Source of the DNA: a virus | Length of the DNA: 39,805 bases | Reading direction: 5' to 3' (one strand) | Virus record (IMG/VR): IMGVR_UViG_3300045988_129469 | Location: 1 to 39,805 of that record | Shown here: positions 18,885-27,052 of the stretch, piece after piece | How the letters are laid out: each line of letters opens with the position of its first letter | Position numbering within the stretch: the stretch's first letter is position 1 | Made by a program: the position numbers and the translations under genes | The notes under the pieces: model-generated | The model's database searches: none | Told to the model about the DNA's origin: nothing | What the model saw: the letters and a program-made list of their open reading frames with translations, nothing else

Positions 18885-19029
18885 AGGTTACCTCCTTTCT
18901 GCGCGTGCGCGTGCGCGATGGGGTGCTAAGTCGCGTGGGGAGAGAGGCCTAGGACCCGCCCGCACATCGGCCGGGTGGAAACCTTCTCGTGATTTTTTGG
19001 CCCCTTCCCCTTTCCTGGTTGGTTGGTGG
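18885..19029. other. Candidate cos/packaging-initiation region
   Basis: ORF-free gap between HNH and terS, the usual cos position in HNH-dependent HK97-like phages. Contains (TGCGCG)x3 at 18900..18917. Confidence 0.3.
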
Positions 19030-19320
19030 TCACCAATCAATTGTGGTTGGGCCGAGTGCGGTGGGTGCGTCGCGTTTGCCGCGGGCGCGGTTACATGATG
19101 CGTGTGCTGGGCGAAAGTTTGTTTCTTCCCAGGTGAGCTCGGGGTAGTCGGCTCGTGGGTAGAAGTGGTCGAGTTCGAAGGCGTTGGTTGTGCCTGGTGG
19201 TGCGGTGTAGTCGATGGGCTGTTCGCAGAGCCAGCAGCGTGCGCCCATTTCTTGGCATTGTTGCTTATAGGCGGCGGTGGTTTTTCGGCGGAGTCGGCCT
19301 GTCCATTCGGGAATGTCCAT
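19030..19320 (-). CDS. HNH endonuclease (96 aa)
   Basis: CWLC...ELDHFYP...NFRPAHASCN matches the HNH/zinc pattern. Located just upstream of terS. Confidence 0.85.
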   Translation of the reverse strand: MDIPEWTGRLRRKTTAAYKQQCQEMGARCWLCEQPIDYTAPPGTTNAFELDHFYPRADYPELTWEETNFRPAHASCNRARGKRDAPTALGPTTIDW

Positions 19321-19549
19321 TGGGCTCTCCTCCCCTTTTTGCGCCTTGTTCTGGTCGTGAGCCAGCGGCCTGCGCCTCGGTGTTGTTGCTCAGAGTTGCT
19401 CTAACTTTTCAATGCGTGATGGTTAGTGCAGGGTGAGATGGCTACAAGGCTTGGTGTCTTGTTCCGGTCTTGAACCGGTGGCCTGCACTCGAGGGTCTAA
19501 TTCTGTCCTGGTGAATAGGTGGTGAGTCAGGCGACAAGACTTGTGAAAA

Positions 19550-19576
19550 CGACAAAAGCCCGCTCTTAGGCGGGCT
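19550..19576 (-). terminator. Intrinsic terminator ending the early/replication operon
   Basis: Stem AGCCCGC / GCGGGCU with a 6-nt loop, followed on the minus strand by UUUUGUCGUUUUC. Lies 26 nt after the stop at 19602. Confidence 0.75.
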
Positions 19577-19601
19577 CTTTCAACAGCGCAATCATATCAT
19601 T

Positions 19602-20084
19602 TTATTTAGGCTTCTTGTCAAGTGGTGGCAAGTACTTAGCAACGAGGTGACGTTTCACTCGCGCTGACTTGAGTAGTGCTTGGCCGTGTTCTGGTGGGTG
19701 TGTCCATCGGTTGATGGTTCGGGCCTGGTCTTCCAGCTCCTGCATGAGGTCTGCCGACCAGTCCAGCTCTGATAGTGGCTGTGCGTGCCAGGCGATGAGC
19801 CGGCATAGCCTTGGTGCGGTGAAGTCTGACTCGTCGATGTGGATGCCGATACCGTCGGTGCCGAAGGCATTAAGGCAGAGTTCGCGGAGGTTCTGCTCCA
19901 TGGTGACGTATCGGTTGAGCCATAGCCAGTTGCCGGGAGACTTCGGGCCCAGGCCCTTGACGCTGTTTCTGGTCTTTACTTCTGGCGGCGTTGGTGTGGT
20001 GTCTTTGAGTTCGTGTAGTTCGGTGTAGTGGCCGGCTAGTTCGCGGGCTAGGTCTCTGAGTTGGAACTCGTCTACTTGTTTCAT
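19602..20084 (-). CDS. Hypothetical protein (160 aa), last gene of the early operon
   Basis: Good coding character. 4-nt overlap with the SNF2 gene. No motif recognised. Confidence 0.7.
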   Translation of the reverse strand: MKQVDEFQLRDLARELAGHYTELHELKDTTPTPPEVKTRNSVKGLGPKSPGNWLWLNRYVTMEQNLRELCLNAFGTDGIGIHIDESDFTAPRLCRLIAWHAQPLSELDWSADLMQELEDQARTINRWTHPPEHGQALLKSARVKRHLVAKYLPPLDKKPK

Positions 20085-21439
20085 GCTGCCTCCTCGAGTT
20101 GGGCTTTGACTGCCGTGATGAGTGCTTGCTGTGTGGTGTCTTTGCGGGTGAGGGCTTGGTGGACTGTTTGGTCGATGCTGTCGGCGGTGTCGATGTGGAT
20201 GATGCTGACGGGCTCGGTTTGGCCTTGGCGATGGAGTCGAGCGTTAGCCTGTTCGTAGAGCTCCAAGCTCCAGGGGGTGGTGTACCAGACCATGATGTGC
20301 CCGCCGGCTTGGAGGTTGAGTCCGTGGCCGGCGCTGGCGGGGTGGATGAGTGCGACGGGTATATCGCCGTTGTTCCAGTCGTGGAAGTCCTGCTGTGTGT
20401 CGAGTACGCGCGCGCCGGGGATGGCATCAAGAATGCGGTCGCGTTCGTGTTTGAACCAGTAACACACCAGCATGGGGTTGCCTTGGGCTTGGTCGACGAG
20501 CTCGGTGAGTGCCTGGATTTTCTCGTCGTGGATGGTGATGTAGTTGTCGCCGGCTTCGTTGTAGATGGCGCCGCCGGCGAGTTGCTGGAGTTTGAGTGAG
20601 AGGGTGGCGGCGTTGGCGGCGTCGATGGTGTCGTCGTCGAGGTCCAGGACGAGGTCACGTTTGAGGGTGTCGATGTGCTTGCGCGCCTTCGCGGGGAGTT
20701 GGACGGTGATGTGCTGGTGGGTGGCGTCGGGGAGTTGGAGGTAGTCGGTGGTGAGCATGCTGACTGTGATGTCGGCGATGTTGTCGTAGATTGCTTGGTC
20801 GGCGCCGGGCCGGAGGTTCCAGTTGTAGACGACGGTGCCGTTGCGCCGGCCGGGTGTGAAGTATTGGTCGCGGTAGTGGGTGATGTATTTGCCGAGGCGT
20901 TGGCCGTTGTCGATGAGTCGGAATGGTGCCCAGATGTCCAGCAAGGAGTTGGGGGCGGGCGTGCCGGTAAGGCCCACGATGCGGTGTATCTTTGGGCGGA
21001 CTTTCTTGAGTGCTTTGAAGCGTTTGGCTTGTGGGTTTTTGAAGCTGGATAGTTCGTCGATGATGACCATGTCGTAGGGCCAGTGGTTGCCGTGGTGCTT
21101 CACCAACCAGGGGATGTTCTCGCGTCCGATGGTGTAGATGTCCGCGCGGCGGTTGGCGGCGGCTTCGCGTTGTTTTGCGGTGCCGGTGATGGGGCTGACA
21201 GTGAGGCCGGCGAGGTGGTCCCATTTTTTGATTTCTGCGGGCCATGTGTCGCGGGCGACGCGGACGGGTGCGATGACGAGGACTCGTCTGGTTTCGAAGC
21301 GGTTGCGGATGAGGTCGTTGATGGCTGTGAGGGTGGAGATGGTTTTGCCCATGCCCATTCCTAGAAATATCGCAGATTCTGGGTGGTCGATGATGAATTG
21401 GGTGGTGTGGGCTTGGTAGTTATGCGGACTGTATTGCAT
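20081..21439 (-). CDS. SNF2-family helicase (452 aa)
   Basis: GMGMGKT (motif I), IIDELSSFKN (motif II), GLTGTPAPNS (motif III), QANARLHRQGQ (motif VI). Confidence 0.85.
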   Translation of the reverse strand: MQYSPHNYQAHTTQFIIDHPESAIFLGMGMGKTISTLTAINDLIRNRFETRRVLVIAPVRVARDTWPAEIKKWDHLAGLTVSPITGTAKQREAAANRRADIYTIGRENIPWLVKHHGNHWPYDMVIIDELSSFKNPQAKRFKALKKVRPKIHRIVGLTGTPAPNSLLDIWAPFRLIDNGQRLGKYITHYRDQYFTPGRRNGTVVYNWNLRPGADQAIYDNIADITVSMLTTDYLQLPDATHQHITVQLPAKARKHIDTLKRDLVLDLDDDTIDAANAATLSLKLQQLAGGAIYNEAGDNYITIHDEKIQALTELVDQAQGNPMLVCYWFKHERDRILDAIPGARVLDTQQDFHDWNNGDIPVALIHPASAGHGLNLQAGGHIMVWYTTPWSLELYEQANARLHRQGQTEPVSIIHIDTADSIDQTVHQALTRKDTTQQALITAVKAQLEEAA

Positions 21440-21707
21440 CGAGGATTTCCTTGATGGTCAAAGTATCGGGGCTGTCCAGTATGTAGACGGGGACCTCTAG
21501 GTTTCGTAGTTTCTTGTGTTGAAGGTTTTGGAGAGGTCGTGGTTTCTGGCCAGGAGCTTTTACTTCGATGAATCCCATTTTTCCGCCAGGGAGGATTATG
21601 AGCCGGTCGGGCATTCCTGCTGTTCCTGGGCTGGTGAATTTTGGACAGTACCCGCCTCGTTCTTTGGTGAGTGATACTAGTTTTCGTTCAATCACTTTTT
21701 CGAGCAT
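21420..21707 (-). CDS. VRR-NUC domain nuclease (95 aa)
   Basis: PD-(D/E)XK signature GMPDRLII...GFIEVK. This is the usual partner of a phage SNF2 helicase. Confidence 0.8.
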   Translation of the reverse strand: MLEKVIERKLVSLTKERGGYCPKFTSPGTAGMPDRLIILPGGKMGFIEVKAPGQKPRPLQNLQHKKLRNLEVPVYILDSPDTLTIKEILDAIQSA

Positions 21708-21718
21708 TATTTTTTCTT

Positions 21719-21734
21719 CTTTTGTTGATGGGGG
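21719..21734 (-). repeat. 16-mer CCCCCATCAACAAAAG (minus), copy 1
   Basis: Exact match to 30233..30248. Lies 11 nt upstream of the VRR-NUC start codon. Confidence 0.9.
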
Positions 21735-21972
21735 AACAAACGGAACGGTATTTCTACTTAGGTAATGGGTTTAGGCAGTATGTGTGCATTTTTGTACATA
21801 CTGTTCCCTATTTCTCTATATAGTCTTTAGGTATATTTTTTGTTCCACTTGTTCCACATACGATGTTTCTGCTGTATGGGGCGGCTATCCGCCCCGGAAC
21901 AATAGCCGGAACAATCTGGAAGTTTGGGGCATTTGTTCCGGGGCGGAACAAAGCTGTGCTAAGCCTTGTTCC
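21733..21972. repeat. Iteron cluster plus AT-rich stretch: candidate origin of replication
   Basis: GGAACAA at 21733, 21896, 21908 and 21945. TTGTTCC at 21840, 21849, 21933 and 21966. Degenerate copies at 21742 and 21801. Palindrome TTGTTCCGGGGCGGAACAA at 21933..21951. Hairpin at 21878..21895. Confidence 0.7.
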
Positions 21973-21984
21973 TCCGCTTTTTCA

Positions 21985-24498
21985 CTACCTCGCGTCTAGA
22001 ACATTCGTTCTTGATTCGGCGCGTTGGAAGACCCTCTGTTTCCCGTAGATAGGCAGCCTTCGCTGTACCCCGTTGTCTTCCCAGCCGTCGATTTGGCGCA
22101 TGATTGCAGTGATTTCGTAGGCGTCAATTCGGCGCATGGTGTCAGGGTCGCGGCCGAATGCTTCGGCCCAGATTTCCATCTTCGATACGCTCGTCCTCTG
22201 GTAGTACTGGTCGGCCAGGCCGGTTGCGTGGTAGTGGTCTGGGAGTGTTTCGCCGTCGAGCCAGATGCGGCGCATACCCAGTGGCAGGACATCCCAGTTT
22301 CCGGGGAGTGTTTTATCGAGGTATTCGGCGACGATTCCGACGCGGTCGTCGGCTTCTACACTTTCGGCTTGGATGTGTTCGGCGGTGTGGAGTAGGTCGC
22401 CGGTGAGGTAGAGTTTTTCTCCTTGTTTGTCGCGGTGGCGTGCTTCTGCCCAGAGTTGGTCGATGGTTTGTTGGGTAAGCGTGTGTGGTTTGCCGAGCCA
22501 GCCTTGGCCGGTGACGTGTACGGGCCACCAGCGGCGGTTGCCTGTGGTGTCGCGCAGGAAGCCCTCATCGGCGTTGGTGGAGCCGACGATGATGCCTTGG
22601 CGTGGGAAGCTTTGTACGTTGCGCCCGTAGGCGGGGCGGTACTTGTCCTCTGTCCTTGAGATGAAGCCTTTGACTGGTTCGGCTTCTGCTTTGCGCATGC
22701 CGGCGAGCTCGGAGAGTTCGACGATGAGGTTGCCGGCGAGTTTTTCGGCGGCGGTCTTGTCTTTCATGTCGGTGATGGTTAGTGAGTCGGAGAACCAGGG
22801 GTCGGCCATGCGGTTGAAGATGGTGGATTTGCCGGCGCCTTGGGGGCCTACGAGGGTGAGGACTTGGTCGAATTTGCAGCCGGGGTTGAAGGTGCGGCGG
22901 TGGGCGGCGACGAAGGTTTTGCGGGTGACTGCGCGGACGTAGTCGGTGTTGTCGGCGCCGAGGGTGTCGATTAGGAGTGTGTCGAGTCGTTCTATTCCGT
23001 CCCATGGTGGGAGGTGGTTGAAGTAGTCGCGGACGGGGTGGAATGCGCGTTTGGTGGCGGTGGAGAGTAGTGCGTCGTTCATTTTGGTGGGTGCATAGAG
23101 TCCGCCGTAGGTGCGGGCTATGTGTGTTTTGAGTTGGGCTTCGTCGTTGTCGGTCCAGCCGGGGTTGATTTGGTCCCATGGGAGGGCTTGTGGGTCTTGG
23201 ACTTCGAGGTGGTTGGCGTGGGAGTTCCAGGCGATGTGGTTGATGTGTGGGTCGTGGGTGAGGATGAGTTCGAAGTTTCCGATGGTGTCTTTGAAGGTGC
23301 CGTCTTTTTTGGTTTCGAGTTGGGTGAGCCAGGCGGTGGGGTCGTTGGTGTTCTCCCCTTCCTCGGATGGTGCTGCGTCGTCCTCTTCGCCGCGCGCGTC
23401 CTGGCCCTCGGTGATGGGCTGGAAGACGTCGTTGATTTTGGCCGCGGTGGCTTTCGCGTTTTCAGCGCGCGTGGCGGCGTCTTGGTTGATGAAGTCCATC
23501 ATGGCGAGGTAGCTGGGTTTCTTGTTGGCTGGTGTGCCGGCTTCGGTGTCTGTGTCTAGGTCGCCGTATTTGTGGATGCGGACGAGGTCGAAGGCTGCGT
23601 GGGAGTGTCCGTCGGCGGCAGGGTCGGTGGCGTGCTGGCTGTAGGCGTAGTGGCCTTGGTTGTAGATGATGAGGCCGTTAGAGGAGGTGCCGCCGGTGTA
23701 GGTGTAGCGGTCCTTTGTGGTGCCGGGTTTGTAGACGTCTGCGAGGAAGGTTGTGATGGCGGTGGGGATTGGGTAGGCGCGGTTGAAGGCGCCGAGCATG
23801 CCAGGTTTGTCGCGCGGGTCATCAAGCTTGCCGGTGGCTTGGAATGCTTTGGCTTGTTCGGGTGTGATGCCGGGCCAGGTGGTGACGTCTTGCCAGGTGT
23901 CGTAGCGGTCGAGGTAGTCGTCGGGGTTGAGAATGTCCTTTTTCGAGCTGACCTCGACGTGGTAGTCGCCGTCTTCGAGGGTGGCGGGCCAGTAGAAGAA
24001 TCGTTCTGGTTCGAAGGTGGTGGGGTCGAACCATGCGAGTCCGGGGTTGATGTCTTGGGCTACTCGGCGGGCGACGGCGCCGTATTCGTCGGCGGTGACG
24101 TCGCGGGTCAGCCATACCCAAATGCGCCATCGTTGTTCGGCGTCGAGGTGGCTGAGTGTGGTGTGGGCGAGCCAGGCGTAGGGGACGGTGTCGGCCAGGG
24201 CGGCGGGGAGGTCTACATCTTCGGGGATGTTGTCGAGGTCGAGGGTGATGAGGCTGCGGGTGAGGATGTGGCCTTTGCGGCGGCGCCCGTGTTTGAGGTG
24301 ACCACCGACGAAACCGCCTACGTCTTTGTTCTTGTCGCGCTCGGCCTTGGTCATCTTCTTGTATTCGTCTTTGGTGCAGTTGACGATGATGGGCTCATAC
24401 GCGCGCGCGGTGAGGTCTTGGAGGGTGGTGAGTGTGTTGGTCCAGTGGGAGGAGGTACGGGTGGTGGCGGTGGCGATTTTGAGTTCGCGGTTTTTCAT
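21985..24498 (-). CDS. DNA primase / SF3 (P4-D5-type) helicase (837 aa)
   Basis: Walker A LVGPQGAGKST in the C-terminal half, with a large N-terminal primase-like region. Start set to the ATG at 24498 (GGAGGAG 9 nt upstream). The track's Pro/Arg-rich N-terminal extension was rejected. Confidence 0.8.
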   Translation of the reverse strand: MKNRELKIATATTRTSSHWTNTLTTLQDLTARAYEPIIVNCTKDEYKKMTKAERDKNKDVGGFVGGHLKHGRRRKGHILTRSLITLDLDNIPEDVDLPAALADTVPYAWLAHTTLSHLDAEQRWRIWVWLTRDVTADEYGAVARRVAQDINPGLAWFDPTTFEPERFFYWPATLEDGDYHVEVSSKKDILNPDDYLDRYDTWQDVTTWPGITPEQAKAFQATGKLDDPRDKPGMLGAFNRAYPIPTAITTFLADVYKPGTTKDRYTYTGGTSSNGLIIYNQGHYAYSQHATDPAADGHSHAAFDLVRIHKYGDLDTDTEAGTPANKKPSYLAMMDFINQDAATRAENAKATAAKINDVFQPITEGQDARGEEDDAAPSEEGENTNDPTAWLTQLETKKDGTFKDTIGNFELILTHDPHINHIAWNSHANHLEVQDPQALPWDQINPGWTDNDEAQLKTHIARTYGGLYAPTKMNDALLSTATKRAFHPVRDYFNHLPPWDGIERLDTLLIDTLGADNTDYVRAVTRKTFVAAHRRTFNPGCKFDQVLTLVGPQGAGKSTIFNRMADPWFSDSLTITDMKDKTAAEKLAGNLIVELSELAGMRKAEAEPVKGFISRTEDKYRPAYGRNVQSFPRQGIIVGSTNADEGFLRDTTGNRRWWPVHVTGQGWLGKPHTLTQQTIDQLWAEARHRDKQGEKLYLTGDLLHTAEHIQAESVEADDRVGIVAEYLDKTLPGNWDVLPLGMRRIWLDGETLPDHYHATGLADQYYQRTSVSKMEIWAEAFGRDPDTMRRIDAYEITAIMRQIDGWEDNGVQRRLPIYGKQRVFQRAESRTNVLDAR

Positions 24499-24535
24499 GG
24501 GTGGTTTCTCCTCCATGGGTTGGGTGGTTTTGGGT

Positions 24536-24567
24536 ATTAAAAATGGCCCCGCGGTATGTGCGGGGCC
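24536..24567 (-). terminator. Intrinsic terminator/attenuator upstream of the primase gene
   Basis: GGCCCCGC-7 nt-GCGGGGCC stem, followed on the minus strand by AUUUUUAA. Confidence 0.6.
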
Positions 24568-24581
24568 TGGTGGTGTGTGGG

Positions 24582-24842
24582 CTAGTGGGCGCGGGGGTTG
24601 ATGGCCGTCTTTAGCTTGTATCCGAGTTCGCTTAATGCTTTTGCGAGTGCGTCGGGGTTGGTGGGGTGACCGATGGTTTCGGGCTGGGCGGTGCGTGCCA
24701 TACGGTTGGCATACTGCACTGCCATGCCCCATTCAGGAAAGCGGCGGCCTTGGGGCCTTTCCCACCAGTTCTCATGGGCGGGTATTGCTATCCAGCGCAG
24801 CCACCTATCCTCATGGTCTTTGTAGACTCGCCAGCGTCTCAT
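24582..24842 (-). CDS. Hypothetical protein (86 aa)
   Basis: ATG at 24842 with GGAGGA 4 nt upstream. ATGA overlap with the upstream gene. The track start was rejected. Confidence 0.6.
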   Translation of the reverse strand: MRRWRVYKDHEDRWLRWIAIPAHENWWERPQGRRFPEWGMAVQYANRMARTAQPETIGHPTNPDALAKALSELGYKLKTAINPRAH

Positions 24843-25180
24843 GCTTCCTCCCATTCCCCTATCCAGCGGCGACGCGTGGAATTCTCCTTGCCGCAGAGGT
24901 AGACGGTTGTTACTCCCTTGCTTAGATGTTCGGCGTGCTCCCATTTCCCTGCTGGTGGTGTGCCGTCTGGCGTCCAGGCGCGGGGCAGGTCGGGGCGCGG
25001 GGTGATTAGGTCGTATTTTGCGGCGATTACGCCTACGCGGTCGGGGTAGATACATACGGCTAGCCAGTTTGGGCCTCGGTGGTCTGCCCTGTAAATGCAT
25101 AGTCTGCCGTCTTCGTCTTCACACCACATTCCTCGGCACTGGGCGCGTTCTTCTTCGGTCATGTCTGCGAGGGCGGTCAT
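24839..25180 (-). CDS. Hypothetical protein (113 aa)
   Basis: ORF in the early operon. No motif recognised. Confidence 0.6.
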   Translation of the reverse strand: MTALADMTEEERAQCRGMWCEDEDGRLCIYRADHRGPNWLAVCIYPDRVGVIAAKYDLITPRPDLPRAWTPDGTPPAGKWEHAEHLSKGVTTVYLCGKENSTRRRWIGEWEEA

Positions 25181-25185
25181 GCTTG

Positions 25186-25551
25186 CTACTTGGCGGATTG
25201 GTCTGCGGCGAGTACGACGAGGGTTAGGGGTGATCTCTTATCCTCATAATCAGCGGCGGCGTATAGAGCTGACATTATGTTTCGTGACAATTCTTTAGCC
25301 ACGAGGGGGTGCAGCTGTTTACCTCCTAGGAAGATTTTTCCCTCACGGAGGGTTACATGCAGGTCCCCGTCCCTTGTTAGCTCCCATACAAGGGATCCAT
25401 CTTGGAGCGTATTAGTGAGTTCTGGTAGGTCATCCGCGAGTAAGCCTGCTTTGGCGAGTGCTTCTACCGCGTTGACTGCGGTTTCGGTTGGGAGTTCCGA
25501 TTGGCGTGCGGCCTCCATGATGAGGTGCGCGGCCCTGTCTCGGTTAGTCAT
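25186..25551 (-). CDS. Hypothetical protein (121 aa)
   Basis: GGAG 7 nt upstream of the ATG. 8-nt overlap with the upstream gene. Confidence 0.6.
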   Translation of the reverse strand: MTNRDRAAHLIMEAARQSELPTETAVNAVEALAKAGLLADDLPELTNTLQDGSLVWELTRDGDLHVTLREGKIFLGGKQLHPLVAKELSRNIMSALYAAADYEDKRSPLTLVVLAADQSAK

Positions 25552-25807
25552 TGTGGTCTCCTAAGATTTCCCAGATTCGGTTATAGATGGTCTTGTGGGT
25601 GGATACGATTCCGGCGCCGCCCGCTTCCTGTGCTCGCTTCACTAGGGCGTTGTGTGCTCTGGCTTCGTCGTTAGCCCAGTCGATAAGCTCTTCCCGCAAA
25701 CGGATTACTTCTTCCGCCAGTTCTAGCCAGCTGTATTTAGGTGTGGCTGCAACGCCCTGCTTCATCTCAGCGACTAATCGCTTTAGGTGATTGTGATTAA
25801 TGCTCAT
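25544..25807 (-). CDS. Hypothetical protein (87 aa)
   Basis: ATG at 25807 with GGAGG 7 nt upstream and an ATGA overlap. The longer track ORF was rejected. Confidence 0.6.
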   Translation of the reverse strand: MSINHNHLKRLVAEMKQGVAATPKYSWLELAEEVIRLREELIDWANDEARAHNALVKRAQEAGGAGIVSTHKTIYNRIWEILGDHND

Positions 25808-26178
25808 TCCTGCACCTCCGTGAGGATGTAGCGCTTGCCGGTCAGGGTGAGCATGTCTGGCGAAAAGTACCCGACGACGCGCTTGTTGGGATGCAGCGCA
25901 AAGCACTCAATTACGTCTCCAGGCACATCTTGCTTGAGCATGATTGCCCTCTTGTACTTCTCGTGATCGACCTCAACTACTGCAAGAAAGTGCTTCCTGT
26001 TATCCCATTCGACCTCGGCCATTGTGGGGCGTGGGACCGGCGGGAGCGCGTCGAGTACCTGGTCTTTTATCGAGTGAGCCGCCTGTTCACTGATGAACAG
26101 TCCGTCACTTGCAGCGTTACATAGGTGGGCGAGTGCTCTGTGCGCAGCGAGGATTTGGTCACGGGTTGGGTTGGTCAT
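25804..26178 (-). CDS. Hypothetical protein (124 aa)
   Basis: ORF in the early operon. No motif recognised. Confidence 0.6.
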   Translation of the reverse strand: MTNPTRDQILAAHRALAHLCNAASDGLFISEQAAHSIKDQVLDALPPVPRPTMAEVEWDNRKHFLAVVEVDHEKYKRAIMLKQDVPGDVIECFALHPNKRVVGYFSPDMLTLTGKRYILTEVQE

Positions 26179-26267
26179 GGATGGTGTCCTTAATCAGTAA
26201 AGTTTTGTGAGGTAATTGGAAAGGTCCCCGGCCTGGCGCGGGCCAGGGACTAATGGTTGCGTGGCTT

Positions 26268-26858
26268 TTAGAAGCCAAGGTTCGGGGAAGCAGCCGGAGT
26301 ACCGCCGCCGAGCGTGGAGAACACGTCCTCGGCCTCCAGCGGCTGGCCACCTAGGCGCTCGCCGTCCTTAACCTTCTGCACACCCACCAAGGAAGCACTA
26401 ATGCCCTTGTTGCCGGAGTTATCGTAGGCGAAGAACTGGACTGCGGCGTTGATGTAGCAGCCGGAGTAGATTTCCGACTCATCAATAATTGGCTGCAGGT
26501 TTCCATCTACGACGAAAGGCTTACGATTCGTGCCGGCCTTGGCTGCGATGAACCAGTGGCCGGCGAACTCCGGGCCGCGGGGCTCGCCGCTGTCGTTGGG
26601 CTTGTCGCCGTCGCGCAGTGGTGGGTACTTGGTCTGTGCGGGGTCGACGGCCTGCTTGAAGACGTGGCGTTCGACGCCGTCCTGAACTGCGTTATTGATT
26701 GCCGTGTTGAGTGCCTCGACGGTCTTGGTGTCCGTCTTGGGGATAAGCAGGGTCATGGAGTACTTGGGGTTTGCGTTTTCGTTGACCTTGTGCGGGGTAA
26801 ATAGGTGCTCGAAGGACAGTCGGCCGTATACGGTGACATCGCGGTTGGTCTTTGCCAT
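26268..26858 (-). CDS. Phage ssDNA-binding protein, gp2.5-like / DUF2815-type (196 aa)
   Basis: N-terminus VTVYGRLSFEHLFTP and an acidic C-terminal tail ending in Phe. AGGAGG upstream of the ATG at 26858. Family assigned from motif memory. Confidence 0.6.
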   Translation of the reverse strand: MAKTNRDVTVYGRLSFEHLFTPHKVNENANPKYSMTLLIPKTDTKTVEALNTAINNAVQDGVERHVFKQAVDPAQTKYPPLRDGDKPNDSGEPRGPEFAGHWFIAAKAGTNRKPFVVDGNLQPIIDESEIYSGCYINAAVQFFAYDNSGNKGISASLVGVQKVKDGERLGGQPLEAEDVFSTLGGGTPAASPNLGF

Positions 26859-26947
26859 GGTGTGGTTCCTCCTTGGAACTAGTTGGTGATGGTGGTTGGT
26901 ATCTTTATGCCGGTGAATCATCTGTCGACCAGCGGCAGCATGGTGGG

Positions 26948-27052
26948 TTAGGCGGCGTCCGGGTAATCCGGCTCCGGGTCGTCTCCGAACTTCTCCCCTG
27001 TCGGGTTGAAGACGGCTTGAATCTTTGCGTACTTGGTTTCCTGGTCAGTCAC
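26948..27052 (-). CDS. Small acidic ORF (34 aa)
   Basis: GTG at 27052 overlaps the upstream stop (GTGA), with AGGAGG 9 nt upstream. Below the track's size cut-off. Confidence 0.4.
   Translation of the reverse strand: MTDQETKYAKIQAVFNPTGEKFGDDPEPDYPDAA

Noticed and set aside
18900-18917. Possible CRISPR array or microsatellite
   Set aside because: It is only three 6-bp units with no spacers. No repeat-spacer architecture exists anywhere in the window. I kept it only as a feature of the candidate cos region.
19475-19486. 12-mer ccggtggcctgc shared between the late-leader region and the tRNA-like module (30323..30334)
   Set aside because: My estimate is that dozens of 12-mer repeats are expected by chance in a ~40-kb GC-rich genome. 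The flanks show no further similarity.
19870-21245. Minus-strand Pro/Thr/Arg-rich ORFs 19870..20658 and 20655..21245. ORFs 22565..23179 and 35335..35832 are of the same kind.
   Set aside because: They are out-of-frame overlaps of the SNF2, primase and integrase genes, whose own frames carry clear catalytic motifs. The alternative frames are low-complexity.
24499-24732. N-terminal extension of the primase ORF (track start 24732)
   Set aside because: The extension is Pro/Arg/His-rich and runs across a terminator hairpin (24545..24567). The internal ATG at 24498 has a GGAGGAG SD.
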